From Actinomycetota bacterium (GTDB lineage: Bacteria; Actinomycetota; Actinomycetes; S36-B12), in contig CANFQC010000007.1 in assembly GCA_947449035.1 (NCBI GenBank), positions 475 through 64,474 on the forward strand: a stretch of DNA of 64,000 nt, in the 5' to 3' direction. A program made the translations under genes and the position numbers. The notes beneath the pieces are model-generated. The model searched no databases. It was not told the origin of the DNA and worked only from the letters and a program-made list of their open reading frames with translations. Positions 1 through 12,439 of this stretch are shown piece by piece (the first letter of the stretch is position 1; every line of letters begins with the position of its first letter).

Positions 1-483
1 GCCCGCTTCACCCACTTCGTGGCAGAGAAGCTGGGCGTGCCGGTTGCTTCGGTCACCACGCTGACCCTCGGCTCGCACGGCGACACCATGGTTCCGGTCG
101 CGTCCGCATGCAAGGTTGACGGCAAGCCTCTCGCTGATCTGCTGTCGGCTGATGAGATCGAGGAGCTCGTCGTTCGCACTCGCAATGGCGGCGCTGAGGT
201 TGTCGCACTGCTCAAGACCGGCTCGGCGTACTACGCCCCGTCGGCAGCAGCCGCTCGCATGGCCAAGGCCGTGCACCTTGATTCCGGCGATGTCATGCCC
301 GTGTGCGCATGGGTCGACGGCGAGTACGGCCTGTCCGGCGCGTACCTCGGTGTCGAGGCTCAGCTCGGCAAGGAGGGCATCCGCAAGGTTGTCGAGACTC
401 CGCTGACCGCTGACGAGAAGGCACTTCTCGTCGAGGCCTACGAGGCAGTCAAGGCCAAGCAGGGCGACGTCAAGGACCTGTAA
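1..483 (+). CDS. mdh: Malate dehydrogenase, C-terminal fragment (5-prime end lies outside the window)
   Basis: The frame is open from nt 1. The translation (GSHGDTMVP, RTRNGGAEVV, GSAYYAPSAAAARM) matches the LDH/MDH C-terminal domain. Confidence 0.85.
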   Translation, partial: ARFTHFVAEKLGVPVASVTTLTLGSHGDTMVPVASACKVDGKPLADLLSADEIEELVVRTRNGGAEVVALLKTGSAYYAPSAAAARMAKAVHLDSGDVMPVCAWVDGEYGLSGAYLGVEAQLGKEGIRKVVETPLTADEKALLVEAYEAVKAKQGDVKDL

Positions 484-524
484 GTCTTTCCGTTCACACA
501 CTGATCAGCAGAAGGTAGAAAATC

Positions 525-1742
525 GTGAGCAAGATCAAGGTAGAGACCCCGGTCGTAGAGCTTGACGGTGACGAGATGACTCGCATCATCTGGCAGTTCA
601 TCAAGGATGAACTCATCGTCAAGTACCTCGACATCGACCTGAAGTACTACGACCTCGGCATCGAGCATCGCGATGCGACCGACGATCAGGTCACCATCGA
701 CTCCGCACATGCCATCCAGAAGTACGGCGTTGGCGTCAAGTGCGCCACCATCACTCCTGACGAGGCGCGTGTCGAGGAGTTCGGCCTGAAGAAGATGTGG
801 AAGTCGCCGAACGGCACGATCCGCAACATCCTCGGCGGCGTGATCTTCCGCGAGCCGATCATCATCAGCAACATCCCGCGTCTGGTTCCGGGCTGGACCA
901 AGCCGATCGTTGTCGGCCGTCATGCCTTCGGTGATCAGTACAAGGCCACCGACTTCAAGGTGCCCGGCGCCGGCAAGCTCACCATGACCTACACCCCGAC
1001 CGATGGCTCGGCTCCGATGGAGTTCGAGGTCTTCGACTTCCCAGGTGCCGGCGTAGCCATGGGCATGTACAACCTCGATGACTCGATCCGCGACTTCGCT
1101 CGCGCATCGATGCGTTACGGCCTCAACCGCAAGTACCCCGTGTACCTGTCGACCAAGAACACGATCCTCAAGGCCTACGACGGCCAGTTCAAGGACATCT
1201 TCGCTGACGTCTACGAGAAGGAATTCAAGTCGGAGTTCGAAGCTGCTGGCATCGAGTACGAGCACCGTCTCATCGACGACATGGTCGCAGCGGCCATGAA
1301 GTGGGAGGGCGGCTACGTCTGGGCATGCAAGAACTACGACGGCGATGTCCAGTCCGACACCGTGGCCCAGGGCTTCGGCTCGCTCGGCCTGATGACCTCA
1401 GTGCTCATGACCCCGGACGGCCAGACCGTCGAAGCTGAGGCTGCTCACGGCACCGTGACCCGCCACTTCCGCCAGCACCAGAAGGGCCAGCCCACCTCCA
1501 CCAACCCGATCGCTTCGATCTTCGCGTGGACCCAGGGCCTGACTCACCGCGGCCGCATGGACGGCACTCCTGCCGTCTCAGCCTTCGCCGAGACCCTCGA
1601 GCGCGTATGTGTCGAGACCGTCGAGGAAGGCAAGATGACCAAGGATCTCGCCCTGCTCATCAGCAAGGACGCACCGTGGCTGACCACCCAGGATTTCCTG
1701 GCAGCCATCGATGAGAACCTGCAGAAGGCCATGAAGGGCTAG
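525..1742 (+). CDS. icd: NADP-dependent isocitrate dehydrogenase, homodimeric eukaryote-like type (405 aa)
   Basis: Full-length match to type II IDH: [44 protein letters not shown] start. Confidence 0.95.
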   Translation: MSKIKVETPVVELDGDEMTRIIWQFIKDELIVKYLDIDLKYYDLGIEHRDATDDQVTIDSAHAIQKYGVGVKCATITPDEARVEEFGLKKMWKSPNGTIRNILGGVIFREPIIISNIPRLVPGWTKPIVVGRHAFGDQYKATDFKVPGAGKLTMTYTPTDGSAPMEFEVFDFPGAGVAMGMYNLDDSIRDFARASMRYGLNRKYPVYLSTKNTILKAYDGQFKDIFADVYEKEFKSEFEAAGIEYEHRLIDDMVAAAMKWEGGYVWACKNYDGDVQSDTVAQGFGSLGLMTSVLMTPDGQTVEAEAAHGTVTRHFRQHQKGQPTSTNPIASIFAWTQGLTHRGRMDGTPAVSAFAETLERVCVETVEEGKMTKDLALLISKDAPWLTTQDFLAAIDENLQKAMKG

Positions 1743-1773
1743 CCTTCACGAACATCGAACGGGCGAGGAAGGG

Positions 1774-3018
1774 ATGCGGATGACGTCCCCTTCCTCGCCT
1801 GTTTCTCTGTCACCGTCTTTTGCCGGTCGCCGGATGACGATCCTCACGGTCATCCTGGCGGCCCTGAACGCCTACGCACCGACCTCGATGGATATTTACC
1901 TGCCGGCATTTCCGCAGATCGCCGAAGAGCTGAACGCGACGACCTCGCAGGTGGCACTCACCCTTGCGGTGAACCTTGTCGGCATCGTGGTCGGACAGTT
2001 GTTCTTCGGTCCGATGACAGATTCTCTTGGTCGGCGTCGCATCGTCATCATCACGACAGTGATCGCAGCGGTGGCGAGTCTCGGTGTTGCACTGGCACCG
2101 ACCATCGGCATTCTTCTCGTGATGCGCCTGATACAAGGTCTTGCCGGTGGCGCAGGAATTGCGATCGCCCGCGCGATCGCTGGTGACGTAGCTTCGGGCA
2201 AGGCTGCAGCGCGGCTCTTCTCCATCTTCATCAGCCTCACAGTGACGGCGACGATTGCCGCACCGATCGTCGGTGGCGTGCTGCTCGCAGTGACTGGCAC
2301 CTGGCGTTCTGGTTTTGTCTTCCTGTTCATCGTCGACCTGATCCTCGCTGTTGCGATCGCGATCTATATTCCCGAGACGCATCCTGACCATGCGAGAACG
2401 GTCGGCGGATTCACGTCGGCGGGGCGCTCGTACCTTGCGCTGCTGCGCGACCGAATCTTCATGGGCTACGCGCTCACGCTGGTACTCGCTTTCGCTTCCC
2501 TCTACGCGTATCTGGCTGAATCGGCATTCGTGCTGCAGACGCAATTCGGGCTAAGCCCCAACCAGTACACGCTGGTACTTGCCATCAACTCGGGCGGCCT
2601 GATGCTGATCGGCTTCTTGAATGCACGTCTCGTTCGGCGATGGCCCGTGCGCGGTCTGCTCATCATGGGGCTGATCGTGGCCGTGTTCGCCGGAATTGTG
2701 CTGACGACGTCTGTCCTGATGGTTGAGCGACATGTGCTCCCCATTCTTATTTGTCTGTTCATCGTGGTGGCCACCCGAGGCATCGTCACTCCGAATGCGA
2801 CGGTGCTCGGAGTCGAGCGCTCGCAGACCAGGGGAGCGGCGGGAGCAGTGCTCGGTGCCGGAACGTTCTTCGGAGGCATCCTCATCACGCCGTTCGTGGG
2901 CCTGACTCCGGCAGATCCGGCGGTGTCGATGACTGTCTGCATAGTGGTTGCTGCCCTCTTCGCCCTGATCGTGGCCGCGACCATGACGCGCGCGGGAAAG
3001 GGAGTGACCGCCTCCTAG
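1774..3018 (+). CDS. MFS transporter, Bcr/CflA drug-resistance-like
   Basis: About 12 hydrophobic segments, an MFS motif A-like GPMTDSLGRRR, and an N-terminal SMDIYLPAFPQIA typical of Bcr/CflA. The start could instead be the internal Met at 1834. Confidence 0.8.
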   Translation: MRMTSPSSPVSLSPSFAGRRMTILTVILAALNAYAPTSMDIYLPAFPQIAEELNATTSQVALTLAVNLVGIVVGQLFFGPMTDSLGRRRIVIITTVIAAVASLGVALAPTIGILLVMRLIQGLAGGAGIAIARAIAGDVASGKAAARLFSIFISLTVTATIAAPIVGGVLLAVTGTWRSGFVFLFIVDLILAVAIAIYIPETHPDHARTVGGFTSAGRSYLALLRDRIFMGYALTLVLAFASLYAYLAESAFVLQTQFGLSPNQYTLVLAINSGGLMLIGFLNARLVRRWPVRGLLIMGLIVAVFAGIVLTTSVLMVERHVLPILICLFIVVATRGIVTPNATVLGVERSQTRGAAGAVLGAGTFFGGILITPFVGLTPADPAVSMTVCIVVAALFALIVAATMTRAGKGVTAS

Positions 3019-3064
3019 AGCACGTCGCCAGTGCCGAAGGAGCAGTCATCCGTATTGTGGAGTC

Positions 3065-5408
<2,344 letters not shown>

Positions 5409-5419
5409 CCCACACGGCG

Positions 5420-5932
5420 ATGAGCGGCATGACCCTTGGGGTCGCGATCGAGATTCCCGAGCCGTTCGGCTCGGCCATCGATCTCGCACGCAAGGGGTAT
5501 GAGCCGAGCATGGGGCGGATGCCAGCCCACATCACCTTGCTCCCACCGGTCGATGTCGACTCCGAGGTCATGCCTGGTGTCATCGAACACCTGTCGACCG
5601 TTGCATCTAGGTGTGCACCTTTTGACGTTGAACTGCACGGCACCGGCACCTTTCAGCCAGTCTCGCCGGTCGTGTTCATCTCACTCGCGCGAGGGATCTC
5701 ATCATGCGAACGTGTGGAGGCAGCGGTGCGCAGCGCAGTTCTCGATGTCGAATCACGCTTCCCGTACCACCCGCACGTGACGCTCGCCCACGACGTGAGT
5801 GACGAGATTCTTGATCGGGCATTCGACGACTTCACCGATTTCCGTGCCGCATTCACTGTCACTGCGATGCATCTTTACCAATTGCATGCTGATGGCTGGC
5901 ATCCGCTGCAGGCATTCGCCTTCGCTGGCTAG
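5420..5932 (+). CDS. 2H phosphoesterase superfamily protein (2-prime-5-prime RNA ligase-like)
   Basis: Two H-x-T-x motifs (HITLLPP and HVTLAH) at the spacing expected for the 2H fold. Confidence 0.7.
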   Translation: MSGMTLGVAIEIPEPFGSAIDLARKGYEPSMGRMPAHITLLPPVDVDSEVMPGVIEHLSTVASRCAPFDVELHGTGTFQPVSPVVFISLARGISSCERVEAAVRSAVLDVESRFPYHPHVTLAHDVSDEILDRAFDDFTDFRAAFTVTAMHLYQLHADGWHPLQAFAFAG

Positions 5933-7122
5933 ATCACGCTGTAGGGCGAGCGCCTGGACTTACGACGAAGCCACGCCCACACCATCACGGCGGCAACCAC
6001 GAGTGCGATCAGTGCGTACCAGACCACGGGCGGCCAGCTCGTGCGCGCAACATCGGGCACTGCGATCGCAGCAGTCGCGGGCGGTCCACTGGGCACGATC
6101 ACTGCGGCTTCAGATTCACTGGCGGTGGGCTCGGCTCCGGGGGAGACTGCAGCACCAGCGACATTGAGGGTTCCGACCGGTGTGACCTTGCCGTAGTTCT
6201 TAAAGCCCCAGGTCAGTGCATCGGCTGCGGCTTGTGCACTGCCGGACTTAATACCCATCAGCGCGACGACGAGCGTGTGACCCTTGCGAGTCGCGGCACC
6301 GATGAAGGTGCGACCTGCGTTCGAGGTGAAGCCGGTCTTCACGCCGATGCAGCCCTTGTAACCGCCGAGCAAAAGGTGGTTGTTGGTGTAGATCGGGTGC
6401 GTGCCGCCGCCCTGGCTCGGGAAGGAAGCCTTCTCGGTGCGCACGATCTTGGCGAACTCCGGATTCTGCAGCCCGCGCATAGCGATGAGTGCGAGATCGA
6501 AGGCGCTGGAGTGCTGACCCTTCTTGTCGAGCCCGTTGGGTGTCTTGGCGACGGTATCGAGGGCGCCGATCGAGGCAGCGACCTCGTTCATCTGGGCGAT
6601 GGTCTTCTTCATGCCGCCGTTGGAATGAGCGAGAGCTCGCGCAGCATCGTTTCCGCTGGGCAGCATCATCCCGTAGAAGAGTTGCTCATTCGTGTAGGTC
6701 ACGCCCGGCTTGACCCCGGCCATGGCAGTCCCGGGTACGACATCGGATTGCTGACCGACATACGTGCCGTCGAGCGCCAGGTTCGGTAGCAAGGTCAAGG
6801 CGGTCAAGGTCTTCAACGTGCTGGCGGGGGCTCGCAGCTTGTGGGCACCCTTGCTGGCCAAGATCTCGCCGGTGGCCGCATCGGCCAGCACCCAACTACT
6901 TGCCCAGATGTCGGGAAGGGGCGCAGCTTTGGGACCGAGATTGACCTGCTTGCCCTTCAGGCCGAGTTGGCTTCCGACGACGACGTCGGTGGTGGGCTCG
7001 CTGATAGCGACCTGGCCGGTCGAGAGCGGTGTGGGGGACTCCTCGGCCAAGGCCGGAGATGAGTGGGCAACCAGGGCGCCGACAAGGGCAGCCGCGGCCG
7101 CCAGCCGCTGGAAACGAGCCAT
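5929..7122 (-). CDS. D-alanyl-D-alanine carboxypeptidase (peptidase S11, low-MW PBP)
   Basis: Signal peptide, SxxK (ASTLKT), SxN (PSGNDA) and KTG (VKTGFT) motifs, and a C-terminal TM anchor. Confidence 0.88.
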   Translation of the reverse strand: MARFQRLAAAAALVGALVAHSSPALAEESPTPLSTGQVAISEPTTDVVVGSQLGLKGKQVNLGPKAAPLPDIWASSWVLADAATGEILASKGAHKLRAPASTLKTLTALTLLPNLALDGTYVGQQSDVVPGTAMAGVKPGVTYTNEQLFYGMMLPSGNDAARALAHSNGGMKKTIAQMNEVAASIGALDTVAKTPNGLDKKGQHSSAFDLALIAMRGLQNPEFAKIVRTEKASFPSQGGGTHPIYTNNHLLLGGYKGCIGVKTGFTSNAGRTFIGAATRKGHTLVVALMGIKSGSAQAAADALTWGFKNYGKVTPVGTLNVAGAAVSPGAEPTASESEAAVIVPSGPPATAAIAVPDVARTSWPPVVWYALIALVVAAVMVWAWLRRKSRRSPYSVI

Positions 7123-7298
7123 GATCGACGAGTCTAAGCCGACAATTCCAGGTGTGACGAGATGCGGGTCACTCGGAGTAATCGGACGTCCACATACGTG
7201 TGACGTACCTCCTACGTGGGCAGGCTGCAGCCCCCTCTAAGGCACCCTAAGATTCGAGTGTTCGCGAGTCAGCACGCCCTGTGGAAGGAATTCCGAGA

Positions 7299-8126
7299 AT
7301 GGCCACTGTCACAAGTCCTGCCTCTAGCCAGGGTTCGCCTGATCGTCGGGCCCAGATCGGAGTGAGGACCCTCCGCACTGATCGCTGGTGGCTGATGCCC
7401 CTGATCATGGTCATCATCTTCCTGAGCTTCATCGCCTACTCGACCTGGCGCGCGTTCGAGAACGCCTACTACTTCGCTGAGCCCCTGATCTCGCCGTTCT
7501 ACTCGCCCTGCCTGATGTCGACCTGCCCCGAGCAGGCGACCCTCTTCGGCTGGACCCCATTCGGCGCCTGGACCATCTTCGGCATGGCGATCTCGCCGGC
7601 CCTGTTCATCCTGATCTTCCCGCTGGGCTTCCGCTTCACCTGCTACTACTACCGCAAGACTTACTACCGCTCCTTCTGGCAGTCGCCGCCGGCATGTGCC
7701 GTTGCCGAGCCGCACAAGAAGTACACCGGTGAGACCCGTTTCCCGCTTATCTTCCAGAACGGCCACCGCTACTTCTTCTACGCCGGCCTCGTGCTGAACG
7801 TGATCTTGAGCTGGGACGCTATCTCTGCATTCCGCAACGCCGAGGGTGCCTGGGGTCACGTCAGCATCGGAACCCTGGTTCTCGTCGCGAATGCCACCTT
7901 GCTCTGGCTCTACTCGCTCTCGTGCCACTCCTGCCGTCATGCGATGGGCGGACGCCTGAAGCACTTCTCGAAGCATCCGGTGCGTTACAAGAGCTGGACC
8001 ATCGTCTCCAAGCTCAACGTCAACCACGGCAAGTTCGCCATGATCTCGCTGTTCGGCGTCGCACTCACCGACCTCTACGTACGTGAGGTCGCCGTGGGCA
8101 CCATCTCCAACTTCTACTTCTTCTAA
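7299..8126 (+). CDS. Succinate dehydrogenase/fumarate reductase membrane subunit (mycobacterial Rv0249c-like)
   Basis: Polytopic membrane protein directly upstream of the flavoprotein and Fe-S subunits, in C-A-B order. Contains CLMSTC and CHSCRH motifs. The call rests mainly on context. Confidence 0.65.
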   Translation: MATVTSPASSQGSPDRRAQIGVRTLRTDRWWLMPLIMVIIFLSFIAYSTWRAFENAYYFAEPLISPFYSPCLMSTCPEQATLFGWTPFGAWTIFGMAISPALFILIFPLGFRFTCYYYRKTYYRSFWQSPPACAVAEPHKKYTGETRFPLIFQNGHRYFFYAGLVLNVILSWDAISAFRNAEGAWGHVSIGTLVLVANATLLWLYSLSCHSCRHAMGGRLKHFSKHPVRYKSWTIVSKLNVNHGKFAMISLFGVALTDLYVREVAVGTISNFYFF

Positions 8127-8139
8127 GCCGAGGGATCAC

Positions 8140-10047
8140 ATGTCTGACATCGAGCGTTACTCATTCGACGTCGTCGTCATCGGCGCCGGCGGAGCAGGCC
8201 TGCGTGCAGCCATTGCGGCGCGCGAGGCTGGCAAGACAGTTGCCGTCATGAGCAAGTCACTGTTTGGCAAGGCGCACACCGTCATGGCCGAGGGTGGCAT
8301 CGCTGCTTCCATGGCCAACGTCAACAAGAACGACGGCTGGAACGTGCACTTCCGCGACACCATGCGCGGTGGCAAGTTCCTGAACCAGTACCGCATGGCC
8401 GAGCTTCACGCGAAGGAAGCGCCTGAGCGCGTCTGGGAGCTCGAGACCTACGGTGCCCTGTTCGACCGCACGCCCGATGGCAAGATCAGCCAGCGCAACT
8501 TCGGCGGACACGAGTACCCGCGTCTTGCCCACGTCGGCGACCGCACCGGCCTGGAGATGATCCGTACCCTGCAGCAGAAGATCGTCCAGCTGCAGCAGAA
8601 GGACAAGAAGGAGCTCGGCGACTACGAAGCCGGAATCCGCGTATTCGCGGAGTGCTCGGTCACCGAGCTCTTCATGCACGGCGAGGGCGAAGACCGTCGT
8701 GCAGCCGGCGTGCTGGCCTACTGGCGTCCGTCAGGCGCCTTCGTCGCCATTGATTCCCCGGCAGTGGTTATTGCCACCGGCGGCATCGGCAAGTCCTTCA
8801 AGGTCACCTCCAACTCCTGGGAGTACACCGGTGACGGGCATGCGATGGCAATGCTCATCGGCGGTGCGCTGATCAACATGGAGTTCGTCCAGTTCCATCC
8901 CACGGGCATGGTCTGGCCGCCTTCGGTCAAGGGCCTGCTCGTTACTGAGTCGGTGCGTGGTGACGGTGGCGTTCTCACGAACTCCGAAGGCCGTCGCTTC
9001 ATGTTCGATTACATCCCCGATGTCTTCAAGGCGCAGTACGCCAAGACCGAGGAAGAAGCCGATCGCTGGTACACCGATCCCGACAACAACAAGCGTCCGC
9101 CGGAGCTCCTCCCGCGTGACGAGGTTGCTCGCGCGATCAACTCCGAGGTCAAGGCCGGTCGGGGATCCCCCCACGGTGGCGTGTTCCTCGACGTCTCCAA
9201 GCGACTCCCCGCTGATGTCATCAAGGCGAAGCTGCCTTCGATGTGGCATCAGTTCAAGGAGCTCGCTGACGTCGACATCACCCTCGAGCCGATGGAGGTC
9301 GGACCGACCTGCCATTACGTCATGGGCGGCGTCGAGGTCGACGCTGACACCCAGGAGCTCATCGGCATCAAGGGTGTCTACGCAGCAGGCGAGGCAGGTG
9401 GCGGCCTGCACGGCTCCAACCGCCTCGGCGGCAACTCGCTCTCCGACCTTCTGGTCTTCGGCCGCCGTGCCGGTATCTACGCCGCCGAGTACGTCTCGGA
9501 TGCGAAGAACACGGGCAAGGCAACTCCGTTGACTGATGCCGAGATCGATGCGGCAACAGCCTGGGCACTTGAGCCCTTCGACGCCTCGCGTGACGAGAAC
9601 CCCTTCACTATCCAGGCTGAGCTGCAGATGATCATGAATGATCTCGTCGGCATCATTCGCGATGGTGCGGAGATGAACGAGGCGCTCGCGAAGATCGACG
9701 CACTCAAGCCGCGTATTGCGCGTGCCAAGGCAAGTGGTGGCCGCGAGTACAACCCGGGATGGCACCTCGCCCTCGATCTGCCTAAGCAGATCCTGGTCTC
9801 CGAGTGCATTGCGCGTGCAGCTCTCACTCGCGAGGAGTCGCGTGGCGGCCACACCCGCAACGACTTCCCGAAGATGGATCCCGAGTGGCGCAAGGTGAAC
9901 CTCGTCTGCAGCCTCAAGGATGGCAAGCTCGACATCCAGAAGAAGTCGCTGCCGAGCATCCCGCAGGAACTCATCTCGCTCTTTGATCCGGAAGAGCTCA
10001 AGAAGTACATGACTATTGAAGAACTCAACGCAGTAGGGATGGCATAG
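8140..10047 (+). CDS. sdhA: Succinate dehydrogenase/fumarate reductase flavoprotein subunit
   Basis: FAD dinucleotide fold DVVVIGAGGAGLRAA, then HTVMAEGGI, HPTG, GGNSLSDLLVFGR and ESRGGHTR. Start chosen at ATG 8140, after the upstream stop. Confidence 0.93.
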   Translation: MSDIERYSFDVVVIGAGGAGLRAAIAAREAGKTVAVMSKSLFGKAHTVMAEGGIAASMANVNKNDGWNVHFRDTMRGGKFLNQYRMAELHAKEAPERVWELETYGALFDRTPDGKISQRNFGGHEYPRLAHVGDRTGLEMIRTLQQKIVQLQQKDKKELGDYEAGIRVFAECSVTELFMHGEGEDRRAAGVLAYWRPSGAFVAIDSPAVVIATGGIGKSFKVTSNSWEYTGDGHAMAMLIGGALINMEFVQFHPTGMVWPPSVKGLLVTESVRGDGGVLTNSEGRRFMFDYIPDVFKAQYAKTEEEADRWYTDPDNNKRPPELLPRDEVARAINSEVKAGRGSPHGGVFLDVSKRLPADVIKAKLPSMWHQFKELADVDITLEPMEVGPTCHYVMGGVEVDADTQELIGIKGVYAAGEAGGGLHGSNRLGGNSLSDLLVFGRRAGIYAAEYVSDAKNTGKATPLTDAEIDAATAWALEPFDASRDENPFTIQAELQMIMNDLVGIIRDGAEMNEALAKIDALKPRIARAKASGGREYNPGWHLALDLPKQILVSECIARAALTREESRGGHTRNDFPKMDPEWRKVNLVCSLKDGKLDIQKKSLPSIPQELISLFDPEELKKYMTIEELNAVGMA

Positions 10048-10049
10048 GC

Positions 10050-10805
10050 ATGAGCTACATGGCGAAGTTCCGACTCTGGCGCGGTCCCGACGGCACAGGT
10101 GCGCTCAAGGATTACGACGTTGAGGTGCTCGAGGGAGAGGTCGTTCTCGACGTCATCCACCGCATCCAGGCTGAGCAGGACACTGATCTTGCTGTCCGCT
10201 GGAACTGCAAGGCCGGCAAGTGCGGCTCGTGCAGTGTTGAGGTCAACGGGCGTCCGCGCCTGATGTGCATGACCCGCATGAACACCTTCGACGAGACCGA
10301 GACCATCACGGTCACCCCGCTACGCGCGTTCCCGGTTATCCGCGATCTCGTCACCGACGTCTCGTTCAACTACGAGAAGGCGCGTGAGGTTCCGGCATTC
10401 AAGGGTCCCGAGGGACTCAAGCCCGGCGAGTACCGCATGCAGCAGGTCGACGTTGAGCGCTCGCAGGAGTTCCGCAAGTGCATCGAGTGCTTCCTCTGCC
10501 AGAACACGTGCCACGCGGTGCGCGATCACGAAGAGAACAAGAAGTACTTCGCAGGCCCGCGCGTGCTCATGCGCGTGACCGAGCTCGACATGCACCCGCT
10601 CGACACCGAGGATCGCCAGAAGCTGGCACAGGATGAACTCGGTTTGGGCTACTGCAACATCACCAAGTGCTGCACCGAGGTCTGCCCCGAGCACATCCAC
10701 ATCACCGACAACGCCCTCATTCCGCTCAAGGAGCGCGTGGCTGACGTCAAGTACGATCCGATCCGCTGGCTCGGCTCGAAGATTCGGGTGCGTGGACAGG
10801 AGTGA
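10050..10805 (+). CDS. sdhB: Succinate dehydrogenase/fumarate reductase iron-sulfur subunit
   Basis: 2Fe-2S motif CKAGKCGSC and cluster motifs [11 protein letters not shown] and CCTEVCP. Confidence 0.92.
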   Translation: MSYMAKFRLWRGPDGTGALKDYDVEVLEGEVVLDVIHRIQAEQDTDLAVRWNCKAGKCGSCSVEVNGRPRLMCMTRMNTFDETETITVTPLRAFPVIRDLVTDVSFNYEKAREVPAFKGPEGLKPGEYRMQQVDVERSQEFRKCIECFLCQNTCHAVRDHEENKKYFAGPRVLMRVTELDMHPLDTEDRQKLAQDELGLGYCNITKCCTEVCPEHIHITDNALIPLKERVADVKYDPIRWLGSKIRVRGQE

Positions 10806-12391
10806 GCGAGCACGGCTCCACCACTGAATCTGGTCTTCCCCTGGAGCAGGTGTACGGCCCCGAAGCCCTTGCGGGCTGGGACGCTGCTGCACAACTCGGT
10901 CAGCCCGGTGAGTACCCGTATACCCGCGGTGTCTATCCGTCGATGTACACAGGCCGCCCCTGGACCATGCGCCAGTACGCCGGCTTCGGCACCGCCGTGG
11001 AGTCGAATGAGCGTTACAAGCAGTTGCTCGCTGCCGGCACCACGGGTCTTTCCGTAGCCTTCGATCTGCCTACGCAGATGGGCTACGACTCCGACCACCC
11101 GCTCGCCAATGGTGAGGTCGGCAAGGTAGGCGTCGCCATCGACTCGATCGAAGATATGCGCCTGCTCTTCAACGGCATTCCGCTCGACCAGGTCTCGACC
11201 TCGATGACCATCAATGCGCCTGCCTCGGTACTCCTGCTTCTGTACCAGTTGGTCGCGGAGGAGCAAGGCGTTCCGGCATCGGCCCTCAACGGCACGATCC
11301 AGAACGACGTGCTCAAGGAGTACATCGCTCGCGGCACGTACATCTACCCGCCGGCCCAGTCACTTCGACTGATCACCGACATCTTCACCTACTGCCGCAA
11401 CGAGATCCCGAAGTGGAACACCATCTCGATCTCGGGCTACCACATGGCCGAGGCCGGTGCGACTCCCGTGCAGGAGATCGCCTTCACCTTGTCTGACGGC
11501 ATCGAGTACGTGAAGGCCGCTATTGCATCTGGCCAGGATGTTGACGAGTTCGCCCCGCGTCTTGCGTTCTTCTTCGTCTCGCGCACCACGATCCTCGAGG
11601 AGGTGGCGAAGTTCCGCGCCGCTCGTCGGATGTGGGCGCGCATCATGCGCGATCAATTCGGTGCGAAGAACCCCAAGTCACTGATGCTGCGCTTTCATAC
11701 CCAGACCGCCGGTGTGCAGCTCACCGCGCAGCAGCCCGAGGTCAATCTCGTCCGTGTCGCCATCCAGGGCCTCGCGGCCGTGCTCGGCGGCACCCAGTCA
11801 CTGCATACCAACTCCTTCGATGAGGCCATCGCGCTTCCGACTGAGAAGGCCGCACGACTGGCCCTGCGCACCCAGCAGGTGCTCGCTTACGAGACCGATG
11901 TCTGCGCCACCGTCGACCCCTTCGCTGGCTCGTACGTTGTTGAGTCGCTGACCGACGACATCGAGCAGGCGGCAACCGCTCTCATTGAGCGCATCGCCGA
12001 CATGGGCGGCGCGGTCGCAGCTATCGAGCAGGGCTTCCAGAAGTCCGAGATCGAGAACTCGGCCTACCAGGTCACTCGCGAGACTGATTCGGGCGAGCGC
12101 ATCGTGGTCGGCGTCAACAAGTTCACGATCGAGGGCAAGGAGCACTACGACCCGCTGCGCGTGAACCCGGCCATCGGCGCTGAGCAATCGGCACGCCTGG
12201 CCAAGCTTCGTGCCGAGCGCGACAACGACGAGGTGCAGCGTTGCCTGGCCGAAATTCGCGAGGCGGCTGCGGGCGACGCAAACTTGCTCTACCCGATGAA
12301 GGATGCCCTGAAGGCCAAGGCAACCGTCGGCGAGGTCTGTGACGCATTGCGCGAAGTCTGGGGCACGTACACCCCGATCGATTCGCTGTAG
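10802..12391 (+). CDS. Acyl-CoA (methylmalonyl-CoA-type) mutase large subunit, catalytic barrel only, with no B12-binding domain
   Basis: [54 protein letters not shown] and HTQTAG are present. The protein ends before any DxHxxG cobalamin domain. The GTG start overlaps the sdhB stop (GTGA). Confidence 0.88.
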   Translation: MSEHGSTTESGLPLEQVYGPEALAGWDAAAQLGQPGEYPYTRGVYPSMYTGRPWTMRQYAGFGTAVESNERYKQLLAAGTTGLSVAFDLPTQMGYDSDHPLANGEVGKVGVAIDSIEDMRLLFNGIPLDQVSTSMTINAPASVLLLLYQLVAEEQGVPASALNGTIQNDVLKEYIARGTYIYPPAQSLRLITDIFTYCRNEIPKWNTISISGYHMAEAGATPVQEIAFTLSDGIEYVKAAIASGQDVDEFAPRLAFFFVSRTTILEEVAKFRAARRMWARIMRDQFGAKNPKSLMLRFHTQTAGVQLTAQQPEVNLVRVAIQGLAAVLGGTQSLHTNSFDEAIALPTEKAARLALRTQQVLAYETDVCATVDPFAGSYVVESLTDDIEQAATALIERIADMGGAVAAIEQGFQKSEIENSAYQVTRETDSGERIVVGVNKFTIEGKEHYDPLRVNPAIGAEQSARLAKLRAERDNDEVQRCLAEIREAAAGDANLLYPMKDALKAKATVGEVCDALREVWGTYTPIDSL

Positions 12392-12404
12392 TCAGTTCCT
12401 TTAC

Positions 12405-12439
12405 GTGAGCGCCCGTCCCCGGTGGGGTCGGGCGCTCAC
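12405..12439. terminator. GC-rich hairpin between convergent genes (bidirectional terminator candidate)
   Basis: gtgagcgcccg...cgggcgctcac is an inverted repeat lying between the mutase stop and the DMT-transporter stop. Confidence 0.6.

Noticed and set aside
438-1265. A 275-aa ORF antisense to icd.
   Set aside because: It lies entirely inside a confidently identified gene on the other strand. The product is low-complexity and rich in Leu, Val, Asp and Arg, and it matches no recognisable motifs. This is the typical high-GC antisense artefact.
7140-7270. Partially palindromic sequence (ccacatacgtgtgacgtacctcctacgtggg) in the divergent dacB / sdh promoter region, considered as a regulator site.
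   Set aside because: The symmetry is imperfect and I cannot match it to a known operator. The support is not strong enough to report as a feature.
8731-9852. A 373-aa ORF antisense to the sdhA flavoprotein gene.
   Set aside because: Same reasoning. It is fully nested in sdhA, and its composition is that of an antisense translation of GC3-rich codons, with no domain signature.
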